Virus record (IMG/VR): IMGVR_UViG_3300025073_000001
DNA from: a virus
Lineage: Duplodnaviria; Heunggongvirae; Uroviricota; Caudoviricetes
Length of the DNA: 64,000 nucleotides
Direction: 5' to 3' (one strand)
The notes beneath the pieces were generated by a model. That model did no database searches. It was not told the DNA's origin and saw only the letters and a list, made by a program, of their open reading frames with translations. Of this stretch, positions 1 to 10,239 are shown piece after piece (the first letter of the stretch is position 1; each line of letters opens with the position of its first letter). Both the position numbers and the translations under genes were made by a program.

Positions 1-136
1 TCCAATTGATCCAAAAGATAGTTTGTCCTTTATCTCCGCCATTCAATTCTTCACCTTCTGGAGTAATTATCAACCAAGTCCTATCTCGTTTAGAGTAGAA
101 ATATTTGTAACCGTGAAGTTCATGAATCTTTTCCAT
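1..136 (-). CDS. hypothetical protein, 5' part (ATG at 136, continues past window start)
   Basis: Open frame read on minus strand from ATG at 134-136 to window edge; promoter-like TAnnTTTA box just upstream (150-180). Confidence 0.35.
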   Translation of the reverse strand, partial: MEKIHELHGYKYFYSKRDRTWLIITPEGEELNGGDKGQTIFWINW

Positions 137-210
137 TGTAAAATTCGTTTGTTAAATTAATACTGTAAAGGTAAAGGTTATCTTTCAATTAATCAAGAAC
201 TTTAACATCT

Positions 211-402
211 TTATACCTTTACGAACATCGTTTCTGGATCAACCGCAAATTTAAGCATTCCAGTTTTACCAGTTTTTAAATCATCACTCGTTCCTATTTT
301 CCAATATCGACGTTGATGATCGTTCCAACAATAAATATCAGTTCGAACTGATTGTTCTGGATTGGTGTTGAGGTAGTCTTGAATTGTGATGAAATTATTC
401 AT
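211..402 (-). CDS. hypothetical protein (start trimmed to internal Met to avoid overlap)
   Basis: ORF 211..510; internal Met at 402 avoids overlap with 413..643. Confidence 0.3.
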   Translation of the reverse strand: MNNFITIQDYLNTNPEQSVRTDIYCWNDHQRRYWKIGTSDDLKTGKTGMLKFAVDPETMFVKV

Positions 403-412
403 TTTTGAAATT

Positions 413-643
413 TTAAAATAAATCGTAATCTCCAGATTTTTGTAGTTTTTGAGCAGTTGATTTTTTACAGTACAGAACGCCTGATTTTTCAAATAAAAAT
501 CCTTGATCAATCGCAGATTTTACAATTGACCAGAAACCATATTCTGGTTTATCAAGCCTTACGCACAACTCCTCAAAAGTACAAGGCTTTAACCACAAAG
601 ATGCACAAGTGTCGTTTTTTAAATCAACTATTGACATGATCAA
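413..643 (-). CDS. hypothetical protein
   Basis: ORF track; compact minus-strand gene array. Confidence 0.35.
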   Translation of the reverse strand: MIMSIVDLKNDTCASLWLKPCTFEELCVRLDKPEYGFWSIVKSAIDQGFLFEKSGVLYCKKSTAQKLQKSGDYDLF

Positions 644-1153
644 TTATTTAACTAAATATCTGTAATGAAGTCTTTGAATTGCTCCAGATGCAATGATTGT
701 AAAGGCTCTGACAGTTTTAATTCCGTCTGAAATTACAGTTTCAAAATTGACTCCAACGTTTGAACTTTTAAGTTTCAAATTATCAACGTCAAGACCTTTC
801 TGTTCAATTCTAAATGCTAACTTTTCAATGCTATCTTCATAATGAATTTCAGCATTTTTCAATTCTTTAGCAACATAATTTGCTTTTCCAAATCTACGAA
901 CGCCATCTATTTCACGTTGTAATTTGTGATAAATTTTACTATTTGCTGTGTTATGGAAATTTCTTGGAAAACACCAAGCCATGTGCCTAAATTCAGGTTC
1001 AATTTTGAAATACTTGCACCAATCTTCTTCTTGCCATTTGAATGTCTTTTCCAATCTTTCAAAATTTGAAGTTGCCCATTCCTCAGTCATCTTGAGGAAT
1101 TTATCCTTCAATTCTTCAGTTTCAACTTTAAGTTTTGCAATTAAATTTTTCAT
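644..1153 (-). CDS. hypothetical protein
   Basis: 169-aa ORF; strong Bacteroidota-type promoter 1165-1204 upstream. Confidence 0.45.
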   Translation of the reverse strand: MKNLIAKLKVETEELKDKFLKMTEEWATSNFERLEKTFKWQEEDWCKYFKIEPEFRHMAWCFPRNFHNTANSKIYHKLQREIDGVRRFGKANYVAKELKNAEIHYEDSIEKLAFRIEQKGLDVDNLKLKSSNVGVNFETVISDGIKTVRAFTIIASGAIQRLHYRYLVK

Positions 1154-1164
1154 ATTGTAATTCT

Positions 1165-1204
1165 TTCAACAAAGGTAAGTAGGTTCGAGTTAACTTCCAA
1201 ATAT
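1165..1204 (-). promoter_or_regulatory. sigma-A-like promoter (TTTGGAAGTTAAC ... TTACCTTTG)
   Basis: minus-strand TTTG-N20-TACCTTTG, 15-30 nt upstream of ATG at 1153; same module recurs across window. Confidence 0.45.
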
Positions 1205-1218
1205 TTTTCAAGAAATTT

Positions 1219-1533
1219 TTAAATCATCCCTAAGTTGACCAATTCATAGTGAACGTCCCAACTCGCTTTGTCTAAATATTCTTTCTTCTCAAGGTTAGTC
1301 TTGTATGGGATGAACCTGAGATTCCGAATATCTCCAATGATTTCAGGATCCAATCCAGAGTTGAAGCCAAAACTGACTGACAAGATGTGATCCAAGTGAT
1401 AGCGATTTCTTCCGCGTTTATCAGAATTATCTAATTGATACAAAGGTTGCTTATTGGTTATTTGAGTGACGGCTCTTCGATATTTCTTAACCGCTGAACG
1501 ATATTCTTCACGGGTCAATTCAAATTTTTGCAA
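1219..1533 (-). CDS. small HNH endonuclease-like protein
   Basis: motif RYHLDHILSVSFG ... NLRFIPYKTN (H-x-D-H ... N) typical of HNH. Confidence 0.4.
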   Translation of the reverse strand: MQKFELTREEYRSAVKKYRRAVTQITNKQPLYQLDNSDKRGRNRYHLDHILSVSFGFNSGLDPEIIGDIRNLRFIPYKTNLEKKEYLDKASWDVHYELVNLGMI

Positions 1534-1549
1534 TTAAAATCTCTTCATA

Positions 1550-1990
1550 TTATTTCTTATTGAATGATGTTAAAATACTGATCAATTTCTTAGTGTTTTC
1601 TACTGATAAATTAAAAGATTTTGATTCATCTTCGCCACTAATAGTGATAGTTTTATCATTTATCTTCGATTGAATAAAAACATCTCCGTCATCAGTGTCA
1701 ATTACCTGCCAATCCTTTTTTCCAACGTTGGAAGATAATCTTCTTAATGCATTAATTACTAAGGATTTATCTTCTATTGAAAAAACTACATCATAATTGG
1801 TTTTATTGTCAACTATAATTATTGCTTTATCATAGTCATTATAACTAATTGAAATATTTCCAATTTTTGAAATCTGCTCTTCACGAGATGGAAGATCATT
1901 GTTCCAAAACTCACTCGTATCGGGTTTTGCTTCTTTTAGATTTTTCATTTCTTGTAAAATGATTTGATTAACTAATTCTTTCAATTTCAA
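1550..1990 (-). CDS. hypothetical protein
   Basis: 146-aa ORF. Confidence 0.4.
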   Translation of the reverse strand: MKLKELVNQIILQEMKNLKEAKPDTSEFWNNDLPSREEQISKIGNISISYNDYDKAIIIVDNKTNYDVVFSIEDKSLVINALRRLSSNVGKKDWQVIDTDDGDVFIQSKINDKTITISGEDESKSFNLSVENTKKLISILTSFNKK

Positions 1991-2059
1991 TTTTTATTCT
2001 CCGTAAAGTTAAATGGATTTTATTAGAATCCAAGATTGTTAACATATTATATTTATTCA

Positions 2060-3946
2060 TTAGATATCAATAGCGCGAATATTTAAATCACGTCTAGGAT
2101 ATTTTACTTCCCAGATTGAAGGGTCCATCGGCGGATAGACAATCCCCCCTCGAGTTGCTGTTTTGATGTCATAGACATTTCCGCTGTAACCACTTGACTG
2201 ATCTATCAAATTAATAAATTCTATGTTATGGATTGATTGAACGCCTTCGACTCTATCTAATACTGAAGTTAAATTTGAAATAATTAAAGGTTCATTTATT
2301 TGACGTTTATCATTATCCATTAACTCAATGAGTTTATTCAATACGCGAAGTAAAACTTCATTTGAATTTTCATTTGGGCGAGTTACCACTTCAACGTTCA
2401 TTCCTATATTGATAATCCACGGATCCTTAATTGAAATCGCGTCCGTCATCATGCGATAATTGCGAAGGTGAGTTCTCAAGTTCTCCTTAATCGCTTCGTT
2501 ACAAACTACAAAATTTTTATTTACGTCGTAACTTAAACAGTAAAGATTAATTGAAAACGGATTAGGAATTCTGTCTTCCGACCAATGAGTCATCTGAGTG
2601 TCTTGAACAGCATAAGCCTTGCATACAGAACCATATTTCGGCGGAAGAGTAAAACACCTAAGTATCAAATCTTCCCTCGTCACCGCTCTATTCTGTGCGG
2701 CAAAGTTTGCCATCGCTTCTTCCCTAATTATTTCCAACGGTTTTCGGTTCTGACCACCAAATGCAGGGAATGGATTATTAATTGACAGTGAATCTTTTAT
2801 CGTTTGAAGTACGGTTGGATCAGTTGTATCACCAGGATCAACAATGGTTGAAGCAACGATTGCTGTAATTGTGTTTGAATTAACGTTTTCTCTCAATCCG
2901 GTTGCAACTGCATATTGAACAGTCAAGACAGTATTTTGTGGTGCTGAACCATAAGTCTTTGAATAGAGAAAGTTTTGTGGATCAATTGAAACATCGGCTG
3001 CTCTCTCAAAATAATTCAATCCTAAACCAACGTTCATTGGATTTGGAAGTATTTCTTCATCTGCTTCACTACTCATTCCACCACCAAATTGAATCTCTAA
3101 GAAATCATCTTTTCTCAATCTTGTGACAAATCTTCGTTCAGTTTGCTTATAGGATAAAATATAAGGGACTGATGATCTGTATTGACTCAGATGAGGATCA
3201 TTGTAAGGTAAGTTTCTAATTGATTGTTGAACCGTATCTTGTGCTAAGTACGGAACTTCATACCAAATATTATTGTCTGAATCAGTTACTTTAACAATTT
3301 CTGTAACATTCGGATCGTTTATCACGACCTTATCATATTGTTTTGGATCAGTGAACGAATACGTCGCTGTTTTTAATTCACCTGAAACTGCTTTGACTTT
3401 CTTTTTGAGTAAGAAATATTCAACTACGCCTGAACCGTCAACGCTATACGTTGTCACGACAGTTGGATCATAACTCGATGAGAATCTGAAATCAACTGCA
3501 TCAACTGTTCTGAATTTAATAGCATCAGTATCAGTGGTTGCGACTTGCATATTAGGTTCAAGATATAAACCATAACGAAAGTCTGGACGAGTGTCTTGAC
3601 CTTGACCAATGGAAGGGATTAACTGAAAAACTTCAAGTTCAACAGATGCTGGAGTTATTGTCTTTGCTTTGTAGCCTAATGATTGTGCAAGATTAAAAAG
3701 ATTCTTTTTTTCTTCAACGAGGTACAAAAGGCTTTCTTGAAGTTGAATATCTGTGTGAAATGACAACACGTCAGAAACAAAAGCAATCGATTCAAGCAAT
3801 GCCCCTTGTGGACTGGCTTCTGAAAAGTCATTTAATTGTTGGGGGAAGTACGTTTTTATAAAATTAATAAGTGCAATGCGGGATTCCGCAAAATCTTTAT
3901 TAACATATTTTATTTCTTTGCGCGATCTATCATTATATGCTGACAT
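2060..3946 (-). CDS. baseplate wedge protein, gp6-like (Baseplate_J family)
   Basis: 628 aa; N-terminal region (NKDFAESRIALINFIKTYFPQ...ASPQGALLESIAFVSDVLSFHTD) resembles T4 gp6/Baseplate_J; sits next to gp25-like gene as in T4-like cyanophages. Confidence 0.55.
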   Translation of the reverse strand: MSAYNDRSRKEIKYVNKDFAESRIALINFIKTYFPQQLNDFSEASPQGALLESIAFVSDVLSFHTDIQLQESLLYLVEEKKNLFNLAQSLGYKAKTITPASVELEVFQLIPSIGQGQDTRPDFRYGLYLEPNMQVATTDTDAIKFRTVDAVDFRFSSSYDPTVVTTYSVDGSGVVEYFLLKKKVKAVSGELKTATYSFTDPKQYDKVVINDPNVTEIVKVTDSDNNIWYEVPYLAQDTVQQSIRNLPYNDPHLSQYRSSVPYILSYKQTERRFVTRLRKDDFLEIQFGGGMSSEADEEILPNPMNVGLGLNYFERAADVSIDPQNFLYSKTYGSAPQNTVLTVQYAVATGLRENVNSNTITAIVASTIVDPGDTTDPTVLQTIKDSLSINNPFPAFGGQNRKPLEIIREEAMANFAAQNRAVTREDLILRCFTLPPKYGSVCKAYAVQDTQMTHWSEDRIPNPFSINLYCLSYDVNKNFVVCNEAIKENLRTHLRNYRMMTDAISIKDPWIINIGMNVEVVTRPNENSNEVLLRVLNKLIELMDNDKRQINEPLIISNLTSVLDRVEGVQSIHNIEFINLIDQSSGYSGNVYDIKTATRGGIVYPPMDPSIWEVKYPRRDLNIRAIDI

Positions 3947-4967
3947 ATTTTATTTTGGCCTCAAAATATTCTTCTTTTGAAATACGCTTATATTTTTCCT
4001 CTTTAACATATCTATCAATAATTTTAGCGGAAACTCCTAAAAATTTTGATAATTCAGAAATTGAAGAATAAACTTCTCGTGTTATTAAATTCATTATTGG
4101 TGTTGATTTTGGACAAGTCATTCCAAATGCATAATTACCACGATGCTTTCTAGTAATTTTAACCTCAGATTTCAATTGTTCAATTTCAACAAGGATTCCA
4201 TCAAATAATAACCATTTAAATTGGCTTTTGGATAAATTTAAATCCTTGACTGCGTCTGATTTGCAATTATAAATAATTCCGGATCGAGTATCATGAATTT
4301 TTTTAATTCTAGAAATTTCACCATTATAAAGTTCATGAGATTCTTTACTTTTTTTAGAAAGTTTTTCTTTAGTTTCTATAGATAAATTTTTCTTTGTTCC
4401 GAAAAATGAATTATTTTCTCCAGACCTCTTTTTGCCTCCAAAGGAAATTGCCCGTCGGGCTTCTAATGTATGAGTCTTACCAAAAAATGGATTTTTCTCT
4501 CCTTGTTGACGTTCACTGATTTCTTTTCGTTCCTTTTCTGTCTTAATTCTACCAAATGTATGATGATTTCTACCAACCATCAATGTTTTTAATTCATCCC
4601 GTTCAACTTTCCAAAATCCTTCAAAAAATTGTTTATAATCTGCCCCATGTTTTAATTTTAAAAATTTGACATGATGTTTGATTATCAAATTTGCTCCTGC
4701 AAGATTTTTTGAATAACCGGAAGTTCCAGAATCAAAACAATTTGCTAATTTTCTATGAGCACGATAATGATCTTCGATTGATAGTGGAATTAAATTATAT
4801 TCTGAATTTGAGCCTTCCATACATCTTGGTAAAATATGATGTCTATGAGTTGCTAAATTTCCATAGTTCTTTTGACTACACTCAATTAGAAAATCTTTAT
4901 ACGGTTTTAATTTTTCCAATTCATAACCTTGTTCAACAAATTCATTCAGTAAGTTTTCTCTGTTCAT
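3933..4967 (-). mobile_element. HNH homing endonuclease with NUMOD3-like repeats
   Basis: HRHHILPRCMEGSNSEYNLIPLSIEDHYRAH HNH motif; NPFFGKTHTLEARRA / NNSFFGTKKNLS repeats; overlaps gp6 start by 14 nt. Confidence 0.65.
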
Positions 4968-5112
4968 TTAAATTCCTTATAGTTTTTAATAGGAGTTTTG
5001 AAACAAAGTCATTTGCCTTCAGTGAATTTTCCTTGCAATATTTCATCACCTCATTGTGAGATTCGATTGAAACTTGGAAGGTTTTAACTTTGTCTTTTTG
5101 CTCCTGTTTCAT
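4942..5112 (-). CDS. small protein (57 aa) upstream partner of HNH gene; paralog of 7969..8139
   Basis: Translated by hand: MKQEQKDKVKTFQVSIESHNEVMKYCKENSLKANDFVSKLL...; homologous small ORF precedes the second HNH gene. Confidence 0.4.
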   Translation of the reverse strand: MKQEQKDKVKTFQVSIESHNEVMKYCKENSLKANDFVSKLLLKTIRNLNEQRKLTE

Positions 5113-5166
5113 ATTCTATAAGTATCTAAATTTTTTGTAAAAAAACTTTGGTTTATTATGATTTTA

Positions 5167-5631
5167 CTAATTAACAATTGTTGAAACTCTTCCACCTTCC
5201 TGAAAGATGGTTATAGTCTTGTTTGCAAGTGAATTTGTAACGCGAAATCGAATAACTATTTGGATAGCATTTTCGGGATCGCCACTTACAATTCCAGGTT
5301 TTGCTCTTGGCATGACCTCAATACTTTCGTTCACAATGTGAGGAAGCCAATATGCGGATTGTTGCCTAATCCTAAACTCAATTTCAGTTCTAATTGCGTC
5401 AGTGTTCTGTTCAAAAAGGAAGCCTTGAATAAAGATTCCAAAATTCGGCTGATGATATCTTTCACCTGGTTTTGTCAACAGAAGATTGATGTAATTCGTA
5501 ACTGCTTGATCCTCAGTCGTTCTTGACACATTGAAGAAACCTCCATTACTTCCAACCGAACTTCCGTTTAGTGGAAATTTTAATCCGATTACCTGAGAAT
5601 CTTCATCTTCTGGATATCTTTTATAGGCCAA
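5167..5631 (-). CDS. baseplate wedge subunit gp25-like (GPW/gp25 family)
   Basis: 154 aa; pattern FP..G.....DEDS...N...LLTKPGER...P.FG..IQ..LFE.......IRF matches T4 gp25 family. Confidence 0.6.
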   Translation of the reverse strand: MAYKRYPEDEDSQVIGLKFPLNGSSVGSNGGFFNVSRTTEDQAVTNYINLLLTKPGERYHQPNFGIFIQGFLFEQNTDAIRTEIEFRIRQQSAYWLPHIVNESIEVMPRAKPGIVSGDPENAIQIVIRFRVTNSLANKTITIFQEGGRVSTIVN

Positions 5632-5646
5632 TTTTCATCCTTACTT

Positions 5647-6240
5647 TTAACTAACTTGATCTAAGAAACTGAAATCTTCTTCATCATCGTAATTATCAGT
5701 TCCTTCAGATATTGATTCCATCCTACTAACAATTGCATTTCTTAGACTTGAATTAGTTCCTTGACCTTGAGGTTTCTGAGCTTTCTCTTCCGTCTTGAAC
5801 ATTCCTGAATAATCTCGGTTCATCGCTTCAATCACTGCTTTTGGTGCTGAAGTCAACGCTCTTCCAGTTTCAGTTGTTGGAACGTTTATTTCTTCACCAG
5901 TTTCTGTTTCAAACATTCCCATGTAACCTTGCTCTTCTTGTGGAACTGGTTCAGTTGATCTCAAAATTTCATTCAACATTGGATCGTTTGCCAAACGTCT
6001 ATTGGTATTTGGCTTTGGAGATTGATAATTTTCCCTGAACCTTTTCTGATTTTCAACCAATGAGTTTGAATCGTTGTTGTTATATTTCTTTGTTATCTGA
6101 GAAACTTTCATTCCATCAATAACAGGATTCTGGCCTGATCTGATTTCAGAAATGATTTCACGTTTCATCACTTGCAACTCTTCCTTGAGTGCAATCTTGA
6201 CTGAAAGTTTTATGAGGTCTGAAAGTTGTTTATTTGTCAT
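5647..6240 (-). CDS. hypothetical protein (low-complexity, acidic C-terminus)
   Basis: 197-aa ORF between gp5-like and gp25-like genes. Confidence 0.4.
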   Translation of the reverse strand: MTNKQLSDLIKLSVKIALKEELQVMKREIISEIRSGQNPVIDGMKVSQITKKYNNNDSNSLVENQKRFRENYQSPKPNTNRRLANDPMLNEILRSTEPVPQEEQGYMGMFETETGEEINVPTTETGRALTSAPKAVIEAMNRDYSGMFKTEEKAQKPQGQGTNSSLRNAIVSRMESISEGTDNYDDEEDFSFLDQVS

Positions 6241-6241
6241 A

Positions 6242-6715
6242 TTATTTTATTTTTTTAGTAGTTGGAATATTTGAATTTTGGTATTTTGAATTCATAAAAT
6301 CAACCATTTTAGTATCGTGTGTTGCCAATTCAAATTCAAGTTTTTGTGAAATGACAATAGCTGGAATTAAATAACCAATTATTCTAAATGCATGAACTCT
6401 ATGAATTCCATCAATAACCTCATAACCAGAACCTTTTTTAACGGCCAAAATTGGAGGAAATTTAGATGGATCCGTCTTTGTCATTCTAATTACCTTCGGA
6501 TCATTTGGATCGTCATCTGAACTATTCCATTCAGATGCTTTGATTTTATTAGGATCAAGTAAGGTTATTTTTGACTCTCGTTCCCAATCGACGTTTGCAT
6601 CATCCAATCGTTGATCTAAATCTTCAGCATATTCATCATCTTCATCAAAATAAGATTCAATCTTGACTAAGTTTTTTAGAGCAATTTCATTTAATAAAGT
6701 TCTGAGTTTTATCAT
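6242..6715 (-). CDS. ParB-like nuclease domain protein
   Basis: GYEVIDGIHRVHAFRIIG resembles ParB/Srx DGxHR motif. Confidence 0.5.
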   Translation of the reverse strand: MIKLRTLLNEIALKNLVKIESYFDEDDEYAEDLDQRLDDANVDWERESKITLLDPNKIKASEWNSSDDDPNDPKVIRMTKTDPSKFPPILAVKKGSGYEVIDGIHRVHAFRIIGYLIPAIVISQKLEFELATHDTKMVDFMNSKYQNSNIPTTKKIK

Positions 6716-7074
6716 TTTGGTAATCTGAACATTAATTCTGAAATGGTGAAATCTTTATTCCTTCCCTTGTTCAAGACAAAATCAAACTTTTTATAAAAGT
6801 CAATTAGCCTTGATTGCGAAGTTGTTCCTTGATAGTCATCTTTTACTGCCGGAGTCAATGTAATTATCTTTTGATTCCTATCTGCGTAATCGCATAATTC
6901 TTCCATCACCTTTGAACCAATTCCTTTTCCACGATCTTCTTTATTGACAATTATTGTGTCTAACTTGATTTTATCCTTGAATTCTGAAACGAAGAAAGAT
7001 TTCAGGTTATATTTTGATTCAATTGATTTTGACCAAGATTCAATATTTTCATTTAATAAAGTTCTAAGTTTCAT
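6712..7074 (-). CDS. GNAT family acetyltransferase-like protein
   Basis: RGKGIGSKVMEELCDYADRNQKIITL resembles GNAT motif A (R-x-x-G-x-G/A). Confidence 0.45.
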   Translation of the reverse strand: MKLRTLLNENIESWSKSIESKYNLKSFFVSEFKDKIKLDTIIVNKEDRGKGIGSKVMEELCDYADRNQKIITLTPAVKDDYQGTTSQSRLIDFYKKFDFVLNKGRNKDFTISELMFRLPK

Positions 7075-8000
7075 TCTTTATTTGCTCGACGTTTATTCCA
7101 AGATGATTTATTTTCTACAACTTCAAAGATTCCAATGTCAACCATTTCTTTAAACACTCCAAACAAAAGTTTTAATTGTTTCATTGCATCCGTTTGTGAA
7201 TTATAAATAATTCCAGTTCTAGTATCTTTTATGATAATCCTGTTACTTAAATGTTCTGGTGGTCTTTTCCGTGTTGCACATTTTTTACATTTTGGATTCC
7301 TTTCACAAAGTTTTTTTAAATCTGCCTGAGTTTCTTTCCTTGAATAGAACATTTTAACACCACAATCTGGACAAAATCTAAATAAATTTTTGTGCATCCC
7401 ATCAACAACTTCGTCACATCTAAAAATTCCTTCTGGTAACACGATTTCAGGTTTCCGTTTAGATCTTGCTTCTCTAATAATTTCTTTAGTTTCTTCAGAA
7501 TGTTTTTTACCATAAAACGAATTTAATTCACCAATCCGAGTTCCTTTTCTAACATCTGACATCTGCTTACATCTCTCTGGCGTAAATTTATCACCAAATT
7601 GGGCATGATTTTCACCTTTATTCAATTCGCAAACTTCCCTATGAGCAATTTCCCAAAATCCTTCCCAATGTTCCGAAATATCTTCTCCGTATCTCTTCTT
7701 CAAATGCTGTTTGACATATCCAACAATCAATTTAGCACTTCCATAATTTTTTCCTCTGAGTTTATTTCCTTTTGGAAAACATTCTGCTAAAATTAAATGG
7801 GCTTTGTAATGATCTTGGTAATTCAAAATTATTAAATTACTTTCATCATCTGTTCCACCCATAAACTTTTTTGAGTAAATATGATGTTTTTGGGTTCCTT
7901 GACCTGAATAATCCTTTTCTAAACATTCAAGTAAAAAATTGTTGTAATTGGTTAAATCATGACCTTCATAATCAGGTAGTAAGTTTTTGTTCTTGCTCAA
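7071..8000 (-). mobile_element. HNH homing endonuclease with NUMOD3-like repeats and C-terminal zinc ribbon
   Basis: QKHHIYSKKFMGGTDDESNLIILNYQDHYKAH; NHAQFGDKFTPE / NSFYGKKHSEETKE; CPDCG...CKKCATRK; paralog of 3933..4967. Confidence 0.65.
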
Positions 8001-8139
8001 ATTGACTCCTTATTGCTTTTGAAATTAATCGTTCAACAAAAAGGTTGATTTTATAGGAATTTTCATTGCAGAAGTTTTTGAGTTCCTCGTGCAGTTCAGC
8101 ATTCAAATTAATTGTCTTGACCTTTTTGTCCTGTTTCAT
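7969..8139 (-). CDS. small protein (56 aa), paralog of 4942..5112
   Basis: Hand translation MKQDKKVKTINLNAELHEELKNFCNENSYKINLFVERLISKAIR...; overlaps HNH start by about 32 nt. Confidence 0.4.
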
Positions 8140-8203
8140 ATTCAATAAGTATGTTTAATAATGTAAAAAAATGTTTTTATTTTAGTTAAGGAAAAGTTAA
8201 AGT

Positions 8204-9238
8204 TTATGGTTGTTTGAATTTGTTAAAGTCAGATGCTTGTAATTGGGTAAAATTTGCTGCCGAAGTTGCCGGACCTGAAGGGCCCGCAGGCGTGGCATAC
8301 TGACTTTGGCCGGTCGCTAATTTCACATCTTCTCCCAACCACTTTTTCAAAAAGTCCATCAGTTCATCCAAGTCAACTTTATATTTCTCAGATTGAAATA
8401 GGACTTTCTTCCCTGTCAATATCGCTTTTTCCTTTCCGATTAATAATAACATATCCTTGTTCGCATTCAGTACAACTCTATTTGAATTAATTGCTATTTG
8501 AGATTTCCCATCGAATTGTCCCAATTTCTTTGCGTCTGCATTTTTATCGAACCCTGCTTTAAAGTTCTTTAACTTTTGATTAGAAGTTAGAACCAAAGTT
8601 GATTCGTCTTTTTCAATGTCTTCAATCGTATATTTATTCGATGCTCCGCCTCCTGTTGGTTTTGCAACTCTCCAAATTGAAATTGGGTCACCATTGTTAC
8701 TGCCTTCCCACGAGGGCTTCTTCGAATATATTGACAAATCTCCTTTTATTGTTGAAGAAAATCTAAGGCTCGCTCCAAATCTTCCATTTATTATATCATC
8801 ACCTTCGAAGGGCTGAATTGGTTCTGTTTTTTTCGGAGGATCTGGAAACGTATATCCCGCTTCTTCCTTATCCGATTTTCGTTCTCCTGGGTTTCCACTT
8901 GGCGGTAAAGCACGTCGTTTCCACAATCTTGGAAATTTATGAAGTACGAGATCATCGGTTGCATTCAGTGCAGAAAAATACATGAATCCACTTCCTTTAA
9001 CCTTAGAAGTTGACCAATCATTTGTTGGAGAAATTATAACAGTGACAATTTCTCCAATCAAAGGGATTCGTGAATTCCATAGAGCAGGCCGACAAAAAAC
9101 AGTTCTCACTTGCCCTAAATTGCTTTCATGTGAACCAATTCTAACCTCTATGCTGCCGAGTGGGAGTAAATTTCCTTCAGGATCCTTCTGATCAGGCTTA
9201 AATGCATATTTTGTTTCCACAACTTCTGCTATAAACAC
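8204..9238 (-). CDS. baseplate hub / central spike gp5-like protein (OB-fold N-domain, no lysozyme domain)
   Basis: 344 aa; N-terminus MFIAEV...IGEIVTV...QPFEGDDIINGRFGASLRFS resembles gp5/VgrG N-terminal domain. Confidence 0.4.
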   Translation of the reverse strand: MFIAEVVETKYAFKPDQKDPEGNLLPLGSIEVRIGSHESNLGQVRTVFCRPALWNSRIPLIGEIVTVIISPTNDWSTSKVKGSGFMYFSALNATDDLVLHKFPRLWKRRALPPSGNPGERKSDKEEAGYTFPDPPKKTEPIQPFEGDDIINGRFGASLRFSSTIKGDLSIYSKKPSWEGSNNGDPISIWRVAKPTGGGASNKYTIEDIEKDESTLVLTSNQKLKNFKAGFDKNADAKKLGQFDGKSQIAINSNRVVLNANKDMLLLIGKEKAILTGKKVLFQSEKYKVDLDELMDFLKKWLGEDVKLATGQSQYATPAGPSGPATSAANFTQLQASDFNKFKQP

Positions 9239-10236
9239 AAGTTATCTCCTTCAACAAAGTACTGCCATTCTGAAAATCTATCAGATTTAGAATTTATTCT
9301 TTTATGAACCTTACCAACATTTATACCATGTTGGCGACCTGCCTCAGCAAGACTCTCATAAATAACTCCTTCAATTATACATTTTATCCGACTTGGTTTC
9401 GTATTTTCTACATATGGAATATCATTGACAAATATCCAATCCTTAAAAATTAAATTGGATGATTTTATTCTATAATTCACGGTATTACAAGATAAGTTCA
9501 AATGTCTTCCAGCCTCAGAAGCACTAAAATAAAAAATACCAAATATTACACATGGGTTATTTCTTGCTGCGTTTTCGCGCAACTTTTTTATTTCAGATTC
9601 AGTTTTTCCTCTACCAAAACCATTTCCCTTCTGAGCATCACTCATCCTTTGTCTTGATTCAATTGAACGTTTTTTACCAAATCCTGGGTTTCTTTCTCCC
9701 AAATTTATTTCTCGTAAATGATTTCGTTGCTCAATTGTTAATTTCATTCCTATATGTGCTATAGAAATTTTCTGTTTACTTTCTTCTGAATGCTTTCTTC
9801 CTTTAAAAGGTGGGTTGAGTCGTTTTTCTTCACGTTGCTTTTGGATAGTTTCTTCTGAATGTTTTTTCCCAGTGTTAGATATTTTTATTTTTAATCGAGT
9901 TTCTAATGATTGAATATATCCATTTTCTCCACCAGTTCTAATATTATAACATTGCGAATCTTTAATCAATTCATCAGTGACAATCATCTGTTCATGCCAA
10001 CTTGCTTCTAATCTGGTTGGGTAATGATTTATTACTTCTTTTTTAAAAGCCTCTTTTCCATATAAACGAATAGCCTCTTTTATGGCTTTTCCAGAACCAA
10101 GATAAGAATCTTTATTTGGGTGAACATTCGTTGATCGAATACCATAATAATATCGACCATTTAACAAATTAACCGTCTTATAGAAATAATTGAATAACTT
10201 TTCTTCTTTAACTTTCAATTGGTTTTCTCCTAACAA
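9229..10236 (-). mobile_element. GIY-YIG homing endonuclease (Seg/I-TevI-like) with NUMOD3 repeats
   Basis: FYFYKTVNLLNGRYYYGIRS...YLGSG GIY-YIG core; NTGKKHSEETIQK / FKGRKHSEESKQKIS repeats. Confidence 0.65.
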
Positions 10237-10239
10237 TTT

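Noticed and set aside
5647-6240. Calling 5647..6240 as baseplate protein gp53 on the basis of length (197 aa) and neighbourhood
   Set aside because: Sequence is low-complexity with no recognisable gp53 features; the gene order differs from T4.
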